DNA of 64,000 bases, taken from positions 5,590,352 through 5,654,351 of the forward strand of contig OZ242029.1 of NCBI GenBank assembly GCA_965205015.1, given 5' to 3'. The notes under the pieces were generated by a model, which saw nothing but the letters and a program-made list of their open reading frames with translations, searched no databases and was not told where the DNA came from. The DNA is from Candidatus Poribacteria bacterium (GTDB lineage Bacteria; Poribacteria; WGA-4E; WGA-3G). Each line of letters starts with the position of its first letter. The first letter of the stretch is position 1. The translations under genes were made by a program, and so were the position numbers. Below, piece by piece: positions 1 to 10,182 of this stretch.

Positions 1-2
1 TG

Positions 3-1799
3 TTCTGGCCCACACATCCAGATTTTCAGAGCATCGACGGATTGGACGATGCTTACGAGAGTTTCCATAACTGGTCCCTCTTTTATATGCTCGGCGGTGA
101 CGCGCGGTTCTTGGCTGACGCGGATACGGAATTCGATGTCATCACAACCGATATGACGCGATACGGGACAGGTCACGGTTACCCGATGGTGGTCAAAGAA
201 TACCAACCTGGCTACGATTGGTTCCACCAAGGCGAAGGGAACTACCTCTTTTACATGCTCTGTATGGCGGACCCTTCAAACCCGAAGTACATTGAACGGG
301 CAAAGCGGTTTGCTGGATTTTACATGGACGAGGACCCAGATGCCCCAAACTACGATAAACAGCACAAGATCATCAAATGCGCTATGAACGGAAGCAAGGG
401 ACCCGCATTCTGGGCTTTCGCTGGACATCCATACTTCCCATGGGACGGTTACAACATGCCGTTTTACGATATCCCCGGAGCCACGAGCCATGAAACCGTC
501 AGGGAAAACGAAGAATTGCAGACACGTATGGGGCAACTTATCCGTGAACGTCAGGGAGTCGGGGACGCCGTCGTCAACCTCGCTGCGACGACGCTTGCTA
601 CGAATGCCTACCTGCTGACGGGTGAAGAACAATACAAAGCATGGGTTAAGGAATATGTTGACGCGTGGATCGCGCGGACAGCGGAAAACGGTGGTATTGT
701 CCCAGACAATGTCGGGTTATCCGGAAAGATCGGAGAACACATAGACGGTAAATGGTATGGCTCTTACTACGGCTGGAGTTGGCCCCACGGGTGGCACAGT
801 GTCGGACAAGCCGTAGGCATCGCGGCACAAAACGCCATGCTGCTCTGGCGGGACCCTGCGTATCTCGACTTTCCACGTACGCAAATTGACGTTTTAATTG
901 AAAGAGGGATTGAGAAGAACGATCAGCTCTACGTCCCGCAGAAGTATGGGGATCCGGGTAAAGTCAACTATGTGCCGGGTGCTTGGCTACAATACCCGAT
1001 TACAAACGCGGACGGCACTGCTTTGGAAGTGGACGGTTGGTTTGAGTTCATGCCGATGCATCCATCGGATGTCGCGCATTTATGGGCACTGTCAATGCTG
1101 CCTACGGATCAGGACCGGGCAAAGACAATCGCCAAAAAAACAGGCTCGAAATTCGACATCAACGCGTGGCATCATATCAAGGACAGTGGCGGACACGACG
1201 GCGCGTGGCTCGCATACATGCGCGGTGAATATCCCGAATACCCCGAAACAATTCTCAATCACAACCTCTCCCAAGTCGAAGCACGTCTCGCCTTCATGGC
1301 TGACGATGCCGAAGATCCAGCAAACTATGGAGATGCTTACTTCCAACGACGCAACCCCATCACCTGCGAAGGACTGGTTCAATTGACGTGTGGCGGTCCC
1401 CTACCTCATTACAACGGCGGTTTACTCGTGACACGGGTGCGGCACTTTGATCCGCAGCAGCAGCGACCGGGACTTCCCCCCGATGTCAGTGCATTGGTTA
1501 CCAAACTGACAGCCGACACCACCGAACTCCAACTCGTCAATCTCAACACTACAGAACCGCGGGAGGTCATCGTGCAAGCGGGGGCGATGGGTGAACACAA
1601 TTTCACGTCAGTCAGCATCAACGACGATCAGAACAGGCACACCGTCTCGGTCAATGGCACATCCCTTCACGTCCATCTACCACCCTACACACAAATCGAC
1701 TTAGCGTTAGGGATGCACCGTTTCGTCAATACACCGTCATATAAGCATCCGTGGGAAATCATTATGCCCAACGTTCAACGACGACCTTCTTCTGGGTGA
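3..1799 (+). CDS. Conserved hypothetical protein (~600 aa, Trp/Tyr/Gly-rich, possibly an alpha/alpha-barrel enzyme); 5' end lies before the window
   Basis: Frame is open from nt 3 ([21 protein letters not shown]...). Long ORF with no family motif I can name firmly. Its 3' end overlaps the convergent mmsA by 38 nt. Confidence 0.8.
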   Translation, partial: FWPTHPDFQSIDGLDDAYESFHNWSLFYMLGGDARFLADADTEFDVITTDMTRYGTGHGYPMVVKEYQPGYDWFHQGEGNYLFYMLCMADPSNPKYIERAKRFAGFYMDEDPDAPNYDKQHKIIKCAMNGSKGPAFWAFAGHPYFPWDGYNMPFYDIPGATSHETVRENEELQTRMGQLIRERQGVGDAVVNLAATTLATNAYLLTGEEQYKAWVKEYVDAWIARTAENGGIVPDNVGLSGKIGEHIDGKWYGSYYGWSWPHGWHSVGQAVGIAAQNAMLLWRDPAYLDFPRTQIDVLIERGIEKNDQLYVPQKYGDPGKVNYVPGAWLQYPITNADGTALEVDGWFEFMPMHPSDVAHLWALSMLPTDQDRAKTIAKKTGSKFDINAWHHIKDSGGHDGAWLAYMRGEYPEYPETILNHNLSQVEARLAFMADDAEDPANYGDAYFQRRNPITCEGLVQLTCGGPLPHYNGGLLVTRVRHFDPQQQRPGLPPDVSALVTKLTADTTELQLVNLNTTEPREVIVQAGAMGEHNFTSVSINDDQNRHTVSVNGTSLHVHLPPYTQIDLALGMHRFVNTPSYKHPWEIIMPNVQRRPSSG

Positions 1800-3249
1800 A
1801 GAAATCGACGGCATCCCAACTCTGACCGTGGAGGTCCCCGAAGAAACTATCCTTCCAACCGCTGAACGGGAAGAATGCCATCGGCGCGGCGACCCCGATG
1901 TTAATGCCGATATTTCCGATCTCCGCTTCATAACGGAACTTACGGGCAGATGCGCCGCTACTCGTAAAGAGACACGCCATATTCCCGTAACGTCCACCAT
2001 TGATGAGTCCGATCGCATCGTCAATCGTCTCAACATGGATAAGCCCTAAAACCGGTCCGAAGATCTCGGTTCTGGCAATATCGCCTTGTGGATTAAGGTC
2101 ATTGAGGACTGTCGGACGGATAAAATTGCCGTTTTCACCGCCCGGGATGCTCGGATACCTACCATCAACGAGGAGTTGCGCCCCCTCATCAGCACCCGCT
2201 TGAATAAGTCCTTCAATTCGACGCCTGCTTTCGGAAGTGATGACGGGTCCCATTTCGACGTCTTCTTCCAGTCCATTTCCGACCACCCGATCCGTAGCGG
2301 TGTCGGCGATGGCTTCCGTGAACCAGTGACGTGCCTCGCCAACAGTGAAGGCAAGAGATGCCGCCAGGCACCGTTGTCCAGCACATCCGAAGGCACTCTC
2401 AGCCGTCGCATTGACAGTAAACTGCGGGTCCGCATCAGGCAGGACAATCAACGGATTTTTCGCGCCACCTTGACATTGAACCCGTTTGCCGTTTGCAGCG
2501 GCCTTCGCATAGATTTCTTTAGCCGTCGCAGTCGCGCCGACGAAACTGATGCCCCGGATATCTGGATGCGTTAAGATTGCATCCACAGTCTCGCGTCCAC
2601 CATTCACAAGGTTGACAACACCCTTAGGAAGTCCCGTCTGTTCCAATAACTGAAACACCTTTTGCATCGTGATCGGCACTTTTTCGGAAGGTTTCACAAT
2701 GTAAGTGTTGCCACAGGCAATAGCATAAGGGAGAAACCAGAAAGTAATCATCCCCGGAAAGTTGAAAGGTGCGATTGCAGCACACACACCCACAGGTTGA
2801 CGAATCATAAATTCGTCGATTCCGGTGGCAATATCCTCCAAGTTGGTGCCTTGCATGAGTGTCGGAATACCGCAGGCGACCTCAACATTCTCGATCGCAC
2901 GCCGCATTTCACCCTTCGCCTCGTCAAGCGTCTTCCCACACTCCAGCGTAATCGTCCTGGCGATATCCTCCAAGTTCTCCTCTAACAGGTTCTTCAAGGC
3001 GAAAAGGTATTGCACACGTTCGACGGGTGGCGTCCGCCGCCATTCGTGGAGTGCATCAGCGGCGACTGTAGCGGCTTGATGGACCTCTTCCGCGGGCGAA
3101 AGCGGCACCTGCGTGAGAACCTCTCCAGTCGCTGGGTTGGTGACATCGATCAGCTCAGCCGCCTCGGATTTTTGCCATCTGTTATTAACGTAGTTCGGTA
3201 GCGGCGTTTGTAGGTTCCCGCTTTTAAGAAGACTCACATCGGTTTCCAT
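1762..3249 (-). CDS. mmsA: CoA-acylating methylmalonate/malonate-semialdehyde dehydrogenase
   Basis: ALDH motifs [51 protein letters not shown]; GGAGG RBS. Confidence 0.93.
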   Translation of the reverse strand: METDVSLLKSGNLQTPLPNYVNNRWQKSEAAELIDVTNPATGEVLTQVPLSPAEEVHQAATVAADALHEWRRTPPVERVQYLFALKNLLEENLEDIARTITLECGKTLDEAKGEMRRAIENVEVACGIPTLMQGTNLEDIATGIDEFMIRQPVGVCAAIAPFNFPGMITFWFLPYAIACGNTYIVKPSEKVPITMQKVFQLLEQTGLPKGVVNLVNGGRETVDAILTHPDIRGISFVGATATAKEIYAKAAANGKRVQCQGGAKNPLIVLPDADPQFTVNATAESAFGCAGQRCLAASLAFTVGEARHWFTEAIADTATDRVVGNGLEEDVEMGPVITSESRRRIEGLIQAGADEGAQLLVDGRYPSIPGGENGNFIRPTVLNDLNPQGDIARTEIFGPVLGLIHVETIDDAIGLINGGRYGNMACLFTSSGASARKFRYEAEIGNIGINIGVAAPMAFFPFSGWKDSFFGDLHGQSWDAVDFFTQKKVVVERWA

Positions 3250-3261
3250 CGTATCTCCTCC

Positions 3262-4701
3262 TTAGTTCTCCTTCGCGAAGAGTTCAAGTACTTTTAATTG
3301 TTCCATAGCGGCGACGATTTGCGGATCATGCTCCAGTTCGTCACGAGAATTTTCTGTAATCTGGGCAAGTGCGTATTTAATGCCGATATCACTGAGAATA
3401 ATCTGTTCTTCGGTGAGTGCGTCGCTCAAGCGTTGATAACTTCGCAGCAGTTTTGCCGCCTGCCGGTCATCACGAGAGGCGTGAGAAGCGGCTGCGAGTT
3501 GTGCTAACACATCATCGCCATTCTCTTCCATAAAGGTTTTAAGTTTCTCATGATCTCGGAGTTTCAACTGCATCTGGCGTTCAGAACGGCTAAACCCTGC
3601 CGACTCAACATCGGGGATAATACCGACCTTGTCAATATTGACCCCGTTCGGTGTAAAGTAACTCGCGACGGTTAATTTCACAGCAGCTTTTGAATTGCTC
3701 AGCGGAAACACACGTTGAACGGATGCTTTCCCGAAGGTCTTATTGCCCATGACAAGTCCGCGCCCGTGGTCTTTGATGGCACCAGCAACGATCTCAGAAG
3801 CACTCGCGCTCCCACCATCAACGAGTACAATTAGCGGAAAGTACTCCCTTTTGACGCCTTTCGCCTTGAAGTCCTCGCGCGTCTCAATGCCTTTACTGTA
3901 AACAACAAGTTGACCGGGGGTGAGGAAGTCGCTCGCGATATCAACGGCTGAAGTGAGGAGTCCGCCAGGATTTAAACGGAGGTCAAGAATGACACCCCGG
4001 ACATCCTGTGCTTTGAAGTCCACAAAGGCGTTATCTACGTCGTTTGCTGTCGTATCAAGAAATTGATTGATTTTGATATAGCCGATATTATCTCCGATGA
4101 TATCCTGTTCAACACTCGGAACCCGAATGACTTCACGCGTGACAGTAACCTCAACCGGGCGATTATCGCCCTGACGCACGACCGTAATGGAGACAGGGGT
4201 TCCCGGTTCACCCCGCAGCTGCTCAACTGCCTCGTTCAAGGTTATAACAGCTGTCGATTCACCTTCAATATGGCTAATAATATCTCCGCTTTGCAAACCT
4301 GCCAATGAAGCAGGACTCCCCTTAAAGGGTGTAACCACAGTGAGCATATCTTCCCGAATTCCGATAAGCATCCCAAGACCGCCGTATTTGCCGCGGTTCT
4401 GCAGTCGGAACTCAGCGATGTCCGGAATGAATTGGCTGTATGGGTCCAATTTGCGGAGCATGCCATTGATGGCACCCTCTATCAGTTCTTTAGAATCCGG
4501 TGTTTCGAGATGTGCCTGTTTAATATAAGCAAGGATCTCTGAGAAAAGCGCGAGATTCTCCACCAATGTATCATCGGAGGTTTCTTCTGAACTCCACCCG
4601 AACGGTAGAAACGCGCAGATAAGCAACACTGATAACAAGATTCGAAAACAGGTTCCGGGCGAAATTCGCGAGTTTCCGAAACCTACTGTTAAAAATTTCA
4701 T
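3262..4701 (-). CDS. ctpA: S41 family C-terminal processing peptidase with PDZ domain
   Basis: Signal peptide; LDPYS, GLGM, DLRLNPGGLL, SASASEIVAG, TFGKASVQ motifs. Confidence 0.92.
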   Translation of the reverse strand: MKFLTVGFGNSRISPGTCFRILLSVLLICAFLPFGWSSEETSDDTLVENLALFSEILAYIKQAHLETPDSKELIEGAINGMLRKLDPYSQFIPDIAEFRLQNRGKYGGLGMLIGIREDMLTVVTPFKGSPASLAGLQSGDIISHIEGESTAVITLNEAVEQLRGEPGTPVSITVVRQGDNRPVEVTVTREVIRVPSVEQDIIGDNIGYIKINQFLDTTANDVDNAFVDFKAQDVRGVILDLRLNPGGLLTSAVDIASDFLTPGQLVVYSKGIETREDFKAKGVKREYFPLIVLVDGGSASASEIVAGAIKDHGRGLVMGNKTFGKASVQRVFPLSNSKAAVKLTVASYFTPNGVNIDKVGIIPDVESAGFSRSERQMQLKLRDHEKLKTFMEENGDDVLAQLAAASHASRDDRQAAKLLRSYQRLSDALTEEQIILSDIGIKYALAQITENSRDELEHDPQIVAAMEQLKVLELFAKEN

Positions 4702-4731
4702 TTTTTATTCCTCCTGCCGACATTCCAGTTT

Positions 4732-5211
4732 TTAATAAAAGTAGTTTCGTAGCCTTTGGATACTCGGAATCCGAAAAGCGATAAAGGCTGCGACAGCACA
4801 ATAGAGCAGGTCAATACGACTCATCCGTGCTTGCATCAGTTCCCAAACAGACTGTCCCTTGAACACAGTCGTCGCGATCGGCATGGCTTGCGCTATTGAT
4901 ATATTATGCTCTTGGCTGAGTTGCGCCGCGATTTGGGCGACCGCGTTCCACTGGACATCCAAATATTTTCCGATAAAAATACCGAGTATTGCGAAAACCG
5001 CAGCGGCAGCACTGACAACACGCCACATCGTTCTCGCATCATGTTCGAGGGATCGGCTGCTCGTGAGGAGTATCCCGACGCCAGTCAACACACCGATACC
5101 GATAGCGATGAAGCCAGCAGTACGCCCTGTCCACTGGATATATTTCGCCCAAAGTACGCCGCCGATCGCCGCACCGAGGAGTCCGCCAAACGGCGCTGTT
5201 AAAGTGTTCAT
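4732..5211 (-). CDS. Hypothetical integral membrane protein (~4 TM)
   Basis: Hydrophobic Gly/Ala-rich helices; ATGA overlap with the gatA stop. Confidence 0.75.
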   Translation of the reverse strand: MNTLTAPFGGLLGAAIGGVLWAKYIQWTGRTAGFIAIGIGVLTGVGILLTSSRSLEHDARTMWRVVSAAAAVFAILGIFIGKYLDVQWNAVAQIAAQLSQEHNISIAQAMPIATTVFKGQSVWELMQARMSRIDLLYCAVAAFIAFRIPSIQRLRNYFY

Positions 5212-6689
5212 CCTGAAACAACTCCATCGGTCGCGATTGAGGGTTTCTGCCGATGGTGATCCGTATTCTGCTCAAACGTATAAGCAACCCGCAGAACCTT
5301 TTCTTCTGCAAAAGGCGCGCCGAGCAGTTGTAATCCAACGGGTAATCCATTCTCCACAAAACCGCAGGGCAGAGAGATACCGGGCAACCCAGCGTGACTC
5401 GCAGGTGTTGTCATCACATCGGACAGATACATTTGCAACGGATCCGCCGTCCGTTCGCCTATTTTGAACGCCGGTGTCGGCGAAGTAGGCGTTGCAATAA
5501 CGTCAACTTTCTCAAACGCTGCATCAAAATCAGATTTGATGAGCGTCCGTGCTTTCTGTGCCTTCCGATAATATGCGTCTTGATAGCCAGCACTCAGTGC
5601 GAAAGTGCCGATCATAATCCGGCGCTTCACCTCTTCACCGAACCCTTCACTCCGCGTCCTTTTATACATATCAATCAGATCCCCTGGACTTTCGTTCCGG
5701 TAACCGTAGCGGACGCCATCGTATCTCGCGAGATTCGCACTCGCCTCAGCGGGAGCGATGATGTAGTACGTCGCGATGGCATATTCCGTATGTGGCAAAG
5801 AAATTTCCTCAACCCTCGCACCGACGGACGCAAGCACAGCGATGGCAGTGTGCACCCGATCGGCAATTTCTGCGTCTAACGCCTCTGTGAAATACTCCTT
5901 CGGAATACCGATCTTCAAGCCTTTCACGTCGTTAATGAGACTCTGTGTGAAATCCGGCACCGGGACGTCAACGGAGGTTGCATCCATCGCATCACGTCCA
6001 CAGATGGCGTTGAGGAGCAGGGCACAATCGGTGACATCTTTGGTAAACGGACCGATCTGATCGAGTGAGGAGGCGAATGCGACTAAACCGTAACGCGAGA
6101 CACGTCCATACGTCGGTTTCATTCCAACGACACCACAGAGTGCCGCGGGTTGGCGGATCGAACCGCCAGTATCTGAACCCAACGAACAGATAGCAGTATC
6201 CGCAGATACAACCGCAGCAGAACCACCACTGGAACCACCGGGAATCGTCTCCAAATCCCATGGATTGTGCGTAATCTGATATGCTGAGTTTTCAGTAGAG
6301 GACCCCATGGCAAACTCATCCATGTTTGTCTTACCGAGCATCACAATGCCCTGTTCATGGAGCTTCGTCATAACGGTCGCGTCGTAGGGCGGCACGAAGG
6401 TTTCAAGGATCTTAGAGGCACACGTCGTGCGGACACCCTGCGTGCATATCACATCTTTAATCGCAATCGGGATGCCAGCCAGAGGCGGCATATCGTCACC
6501 GTTCTGAAATCCTGCGTCGGCACGACCCGCCTGCTCCAAGGCAAGGTCTCTTGTGAGCGTCAGGTACCCCTTGACGTGAGGCTCCACCTCAGCGATACGG
6601 GCATAGACAGATTCGGTGAGTTCTACGGCAGTGATCTCACGCGCTTTGAGTTTCTCATGCAGGGCATGTGCCGTCAATTCATAAAGCAT
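5208..6689 (-). CDS. gatA: Asp-tRNA(Asn)/Glu-tRNA(Gln) amidotransferase subunit A
   Basis: Amidase signature [51 protein letters not shown]. Confidence 0.97.
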   Translation of the reverse strand: MLYELTAHALHEKLKAREITAVELTESVYARIAEVEPHVKGYLTLTRDLALEQAGRADAGFQNGDDMPPLAGIPIAIKDVICTQGVRTTCASKILETFVPPYDATVMTKLHEQGIVMLGKTNMDEFAMGSSTENSAYQITHNPWDLETIPGGSSGGSAAVVSADTAICSLGSDTGGSIRQPAALCGVVGMKPTYGRVSRYGLVAFASSLDQIGPFTKDVTDCALLLNAICGRDAMDATSVDVPVPDFTQSLINDVKGLKIGIPKEYFTEALDAEIADRVHTAIAVLASVGARVEEISLPHTEYAIATYYIIAPAEASANLARYDGVRYGYRNESPGDLIDMYKRTRSEGFGEEVKRRIMIGTFALSAGYQDAYYRKAQKARTLIKSDFDAAFEKVDVIATPTSPTPAFKIGERTADPLQMYLSDVMTTPASHAGLPGISLPCGFVENGLPVGLQLLGAPFAEEKVLRVAYTFEQNTDHHRQKPSIATDGVVSG

Positions 6690-6817
6690 TTTTAATTATT
6701 CAATCTGGTCACTGCTCCATTACATTACGCAGTGGTTTTCGGTTAAATCTAACTGTTTCTATATTATATTATGAAAGAATTTTTAATAAAGCCATCTTGC
6801 CAACAGCCGATAGCCAC

Positions 6818-7177
6818 TTAGTGGCTGCGGTCAACCACTCTGGGAACGCCGAAGTACCCCTCTGCCGCTTCAGGGGCATTCGAGAGTACCTCTTCGCGTG
6901 GATATGACGGTTTGACAACATCCGGCTTGGCGACATGAGATGCCTCAGTTTCTGAACCCATAATAAAAACTTGATGTGGATGGATATGCGACGTCGGTGG
7001 CACATCATCCGTCTCGAGCTCATCCAATTTCCCGATATAGTCCAAAATTCGGGCAAGCTGCTCGGTGAAGTGTTCTGTCTCTTCTTCGTTAAACGCAAGA
7101 CGCGCCAAGTTTGCGACATGACGTACGCCTTCGGTCGTAATCGTTGCCATTTTTTGGTATTTCATCTCCTCACTCAT
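6818..7177 (-). CDS. gatC: Asp/Glu-tRNA amidotransferase subunit C (start may be 7150)
   Basis: VRHVANLARL, VPPTSH, NAPE..GYFGVPRV; directly upstream of gatA. Confidence 0.92.
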   Translation of the reverse strand: MSEEMKYQKMATITTEGVRHVANLARLAFNEEETEHFTEQLARILDYIGKLDELETDDVPPTSHIHPHQVFIMGSETEASHVAKPDVVKPSYPREEVLSNAPEAAEGYFGVPRVVDRSH

Positions 7178-9374
7178 ACTCAGATATTGTCAAGGGTGTC
7201 AGTGATGGGTCAAGTCGTTTTGTCGTACCCCCACGACTAAACCGAACGGTGACATAAACACCACGCCCCGCGCTACTGATTTTGGTTATCTTCCCCCTTC
7301 CGAATTGCGGATGGAGAACAATTTGGCCAACGTGATAATCCGCTACATCTTCAGAAACCCCCTCATACAAGCCTCCTGACTCACGGAAGGGAGATCGGTA
7401 CCGATCCACAGGCTTGATGAGATGTTCTGGAATTTCGGAAATAAAACGAGATTGCACGCGATACTCCGTCTCTCGAAACGTCCTCCGCGAACTGGCATGC
7501 GAGAGATATAGCTGCTCCATTGCCCGCGTGATCCCAACGTAACAGAGTCGTCGTTCTTCCTCCAATTCCGCTTGCGTATCAAGAGAGCGTTGATGCGGCA
7601 GATACCCCTCTTCCATACCCACGATGAAAACAAACGGAAACTCCAAACCTTTCGCACTGTGTAAGGTCATCAATGTAACCATATCGGTGGTATCGGTCTC
7701 CATCGCATCTATATCCGCCGTAAGCGCCACGTTTTCCAAATAATCCGAAAGCGTGGGTTCGGATGTGTTCTGTTCGTATTCGATAACGGCGTTAATCAAT
7801 TCTTCGATGTTTTCAACCCGGTTCTGCGCTTCAATCGTCTTCTGAGACTCTAAATTTTTTAGATAACCTGTCACTTTCAACACATAGTCAAGGGCATCAA
7901 CGGGCAGCATAGATGCATCGAAATCATCAAAAATTTTGGCGAAGCGTTGCACTTTCGTCTGCAGCCCGCGGTTAATCGCGGTGATTTCATCGACGCGCTG
8001 GATAGCCGCAAAGAGAGAGATTCCTTGGCGCGCCGCAAAATTGATGAGCCGGTCAAGTGTTGTCGCACCGATGCCGCGACTTGGCACGTTGATGATACGT
8101 CGAACACTTACCGAATCGTTGGGATTGCACACCACACGGAGGTAAGCAAGGAGATCCTTGATCTCCATCCGATCATAGAAACCGACACCTCCGACAATCT
8201 GATACGGGATATTCGCGGTGCGGAACGCCTCTTCAAAGATTCTGGACTGCGCATTGGTTCGGTAAAAGACGGCAAAGTCTTTGTAATCCACACCTTCATC
8301 GTGCCAATCCTCAATTTGCGTGCCGACGTAACCCGCCTCGTCGTTTTCGTCCATCGCCTCGTAGCAGGTAACAAGTTCACCAAGATCGTTTTGGGTCCAG
8401 AGTTTCTTCGCTTTTCGCGCCCTATTGTTGTGTACGACCCCCCATGCGGCATCCAAAATATTTTGCGTGGAACGATAGTTCTGCTCCAAGCGGAGGACAC
8501 GTGTGTCCGGATAATCCTTCTCAAAATCAAGGATATTCCTGATATCCGCACCCCGGAAGGCGTAAATGGACTGGTCATCATCCCCGACGACACAGATATT
8601 CTGCTTCGTGTCGGTTACCAATAAGTTCACCAACTCATACTGACACCGGTTCGTATCTTGATACTCATCAACGAGGATATATTGAAATTTGTCCTGATAA
8701 AATTGACGGACCTCAGGATCTTCATTCAGGAGTTGCACTGTGAACAGTAGCAGGTCATCGAAATCAAGAGCGTTATTGAGGCGAAGCGCATCTTGATAGA
8801 GGACATAGACCTCCGCAACGATCCGCTCAAAATAGCCATCTGCGATATGTCGGTACGCCTCCGGGGATATCGACTCATTTTTCGTGCGACTGATGTGGCT
8901 GAGGATCGCGCGCGGGTTGTACTGCTTGTCACTATAATTAAGTTGTCGAAGTACATCTTTGACGAGTGTAGCTTGCTCCCCCGTATCAAAGATCGTAAAG
9001 TCGCGGGTGTAGGCGTGACGTGTGGAGCGGGGAACCTCCGCAGACGCTGCATTCGCGCCTAATTTCTCAATATCTCGGCGGAGGATACGCGCACAGGTCG
9101 CGTGGAAGGTTGCCACCCAGAGGTCTCGGCTCACGCTGCCTTTAACAAGCACCTCCAGCCGATCCTTCATCTCCCGTGCTGCTTTGTTCGTAAATGTTAC
9201 AGCGAGGATCCGGAACGGTGAGACATCGTGATGTTCGAGGAGGTAGGCGATACGGTGTGTGATGACGCGCGTTTTTCCACTGCCTGCACCGGATAAGATG
9301 AGGAGCGGTCCTTCGGTATGTTGGACGGCTTCGCGCTGAACATCATTTAAGGAACTTAATAGGTTATCGGTCAA
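7170..9374 (-). CDS. pcrA: ATP-dependent DNA helicase PcrA/UvrD
   Basis: GAGSGKT, VTFTNKAA, LVDEYQD, VGDDDQSIY, LEQNYRS, TLHSAKGLEF, EERRLCYVGITRA. Confidence 0.95.
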   Translation of the reverse strand: MTDNLLSSLNDVQREAVQHTEGPLLILSGAGSGKTRVITHRIAYLLEHHDVSPFRILAVTFTNKAAREMKDRLEVLVKGSVSRDLWVATFHATCARILRRDIEKLGANAASAEVPRSTRHAYTRDFTIFDTGEQATLVKDVLRQLNYSDKQYNPRAILSHISRTKNESISPEAYRHIADGYFERIVAEVYVLYQDALRLNNALDFDDLLLFTVQLLNEDPEVRQFYQDKFQYILVDEYQDTNRCQYELVNLLVTDTKQNICVVGDDDQSIYAFRGADIRNILDFEKDYPDTRVLRLEQNYRSTQNILDAAWGVVHNNRARKAKKLWTQNDLGELVTCYEAMDENDEAGYVGTQIEDWHDEGVDYKDFAVFYRTNAQSRIFEEAFRTANIPYQIVGGVGFYDRMEIKDLLAYLRVVCNPNDSVSVRRIINVPSRGIGATTLDRLINFAARQGISLFAAIQRVDEITAINRGLQTKVQRFAKIFDDFDASMLPVDALDYVLKVTGYLKNLESQKTIEAQNRVENIEELINAVIEYEQNTSEPTLSDYLENVALTADIDAMETDTTDMVTLMTLHSAKGLEFPFVFIVGMEEGYLPHQRSLDTQAELEEERRLCYVGITRAMEQLYLSHASSRRTFRETEYRVQSRFISEIPEHLIKPVDRYRSPFRESGGLYEGVSEDVADYHVGQIVLHPQFGRGKITKISSAGRGVYVTVRFSRGGTTKRLDPSLTPLTISEYE

Positions 9375-9523
9375 CGGTTACCCCTTGCCTCGTTGTATTA
9401 TTTGTAAGATATATTTGCGAGTCGTGTGTTATAGTCCCCAATTTCATGCTATAAAGTATACACAATTTGGGATTAATTTTGCAAGGGGAAATTTCAACGG
9501 CATGTCCACTATGAACAACTCTT

Positions 9524-9886
9524 TTACCCATCCACACCTTCCTGAACGACGGGTACTGTAGATTTCAACTTCCGCGCCACAAGCGCGTAAAGACTCACTC
9601 CTGCTTTTGCTGCTTCGTCCGTTAGGTCATGATAAAGTTGGGCTTCAATGGCAACTTTAAAGGGGGCTTCATCCTCCGGCCGAGTAGGTGCTTTGGGAAC
9701 AGGTTCATGATGCTTTTGATAACTCTCTTTAACACCTTTCCAAGCGAGCGCGAGCTCCTTTAACGCCCCTTCTGGTGTATCTGAAAACGCTGATACATTA
9801 GGCATCTCAACAAAATGGGCTAAGTAATCACCATCCTCATCAAGAAATACGTTCACGTTAAATCCGTCAAACACATCCTTATTCAT
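9524..9886 (-). CDS. hicB: HicB-family antitoxin
   Basis: YLAHFVEMPNVSAFSDTPEGAL fold plus RHH-like C-terminus (EAAKAGVSL); AGGAG RBS before the ATG at 9886; overlaps the hicA stop. Confidence 0.85.
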   Translation of the reverse strand: MNKDVFDGFNVNVFLDEDGDYLAHFVEMPNVSAFSDTPEGALKELALAWKGVKESYQKHHEPVPKAPTRPEDEAPFKVAIEAQLYHDLTDEAAKAGVSLYALVARKLKSTVPVVQEGVDG

Positions 9887-10136
9887 TTTGCGTCTCCTGA
9901 TCATATTGCATGAGAAATTCTCTTACCTGATATCCTTTTGCTTGTCCTCTCTTAGACTGAATTGGTAAACGATATCGATAAGGCGAGTACCAGATGCGGT
10001 GGCTCCCCGTCTGATGGTCAAAGATCCATCCACAACGAGCAAGTAAGGATTCAAATTCACGAAAACTCAAACCGTTCGGGCTATTTCTTGCTTTTGCTAA
10101 CAGCCTGTTTTTTCGTTTCATACGGATCCGATCCAC
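9879..10136 (-). CDS. hicA: HicA-family toxin (mRNA interferase)
   Basis: Basic ~80-aa protein with QTGSHRIW motif and AKGYQV; toxin gene precedes antitoxin gene. Confidence 0.85.
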   Translation of the reverse strand: MDRIRMKRKNRLLAKARNSPNGLSFREFESLLARCGWIFDHQTGSHRIWYSPYRYRLPIQSKRGQAKGYQVREFLMQYDQETQNE

Positions 10137-10182
10137 TTAAGTTTACAGGTTTTCAGACAATATTGCAACCGTGTCTCAACCT

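Noticed and set aside
1762-1799. 38-nt convergent gene overlap as an antisense regulatory system
   Set aside because: Most simply a stop-codon loss extending the first ORF by a few residues; such overlaps are common.
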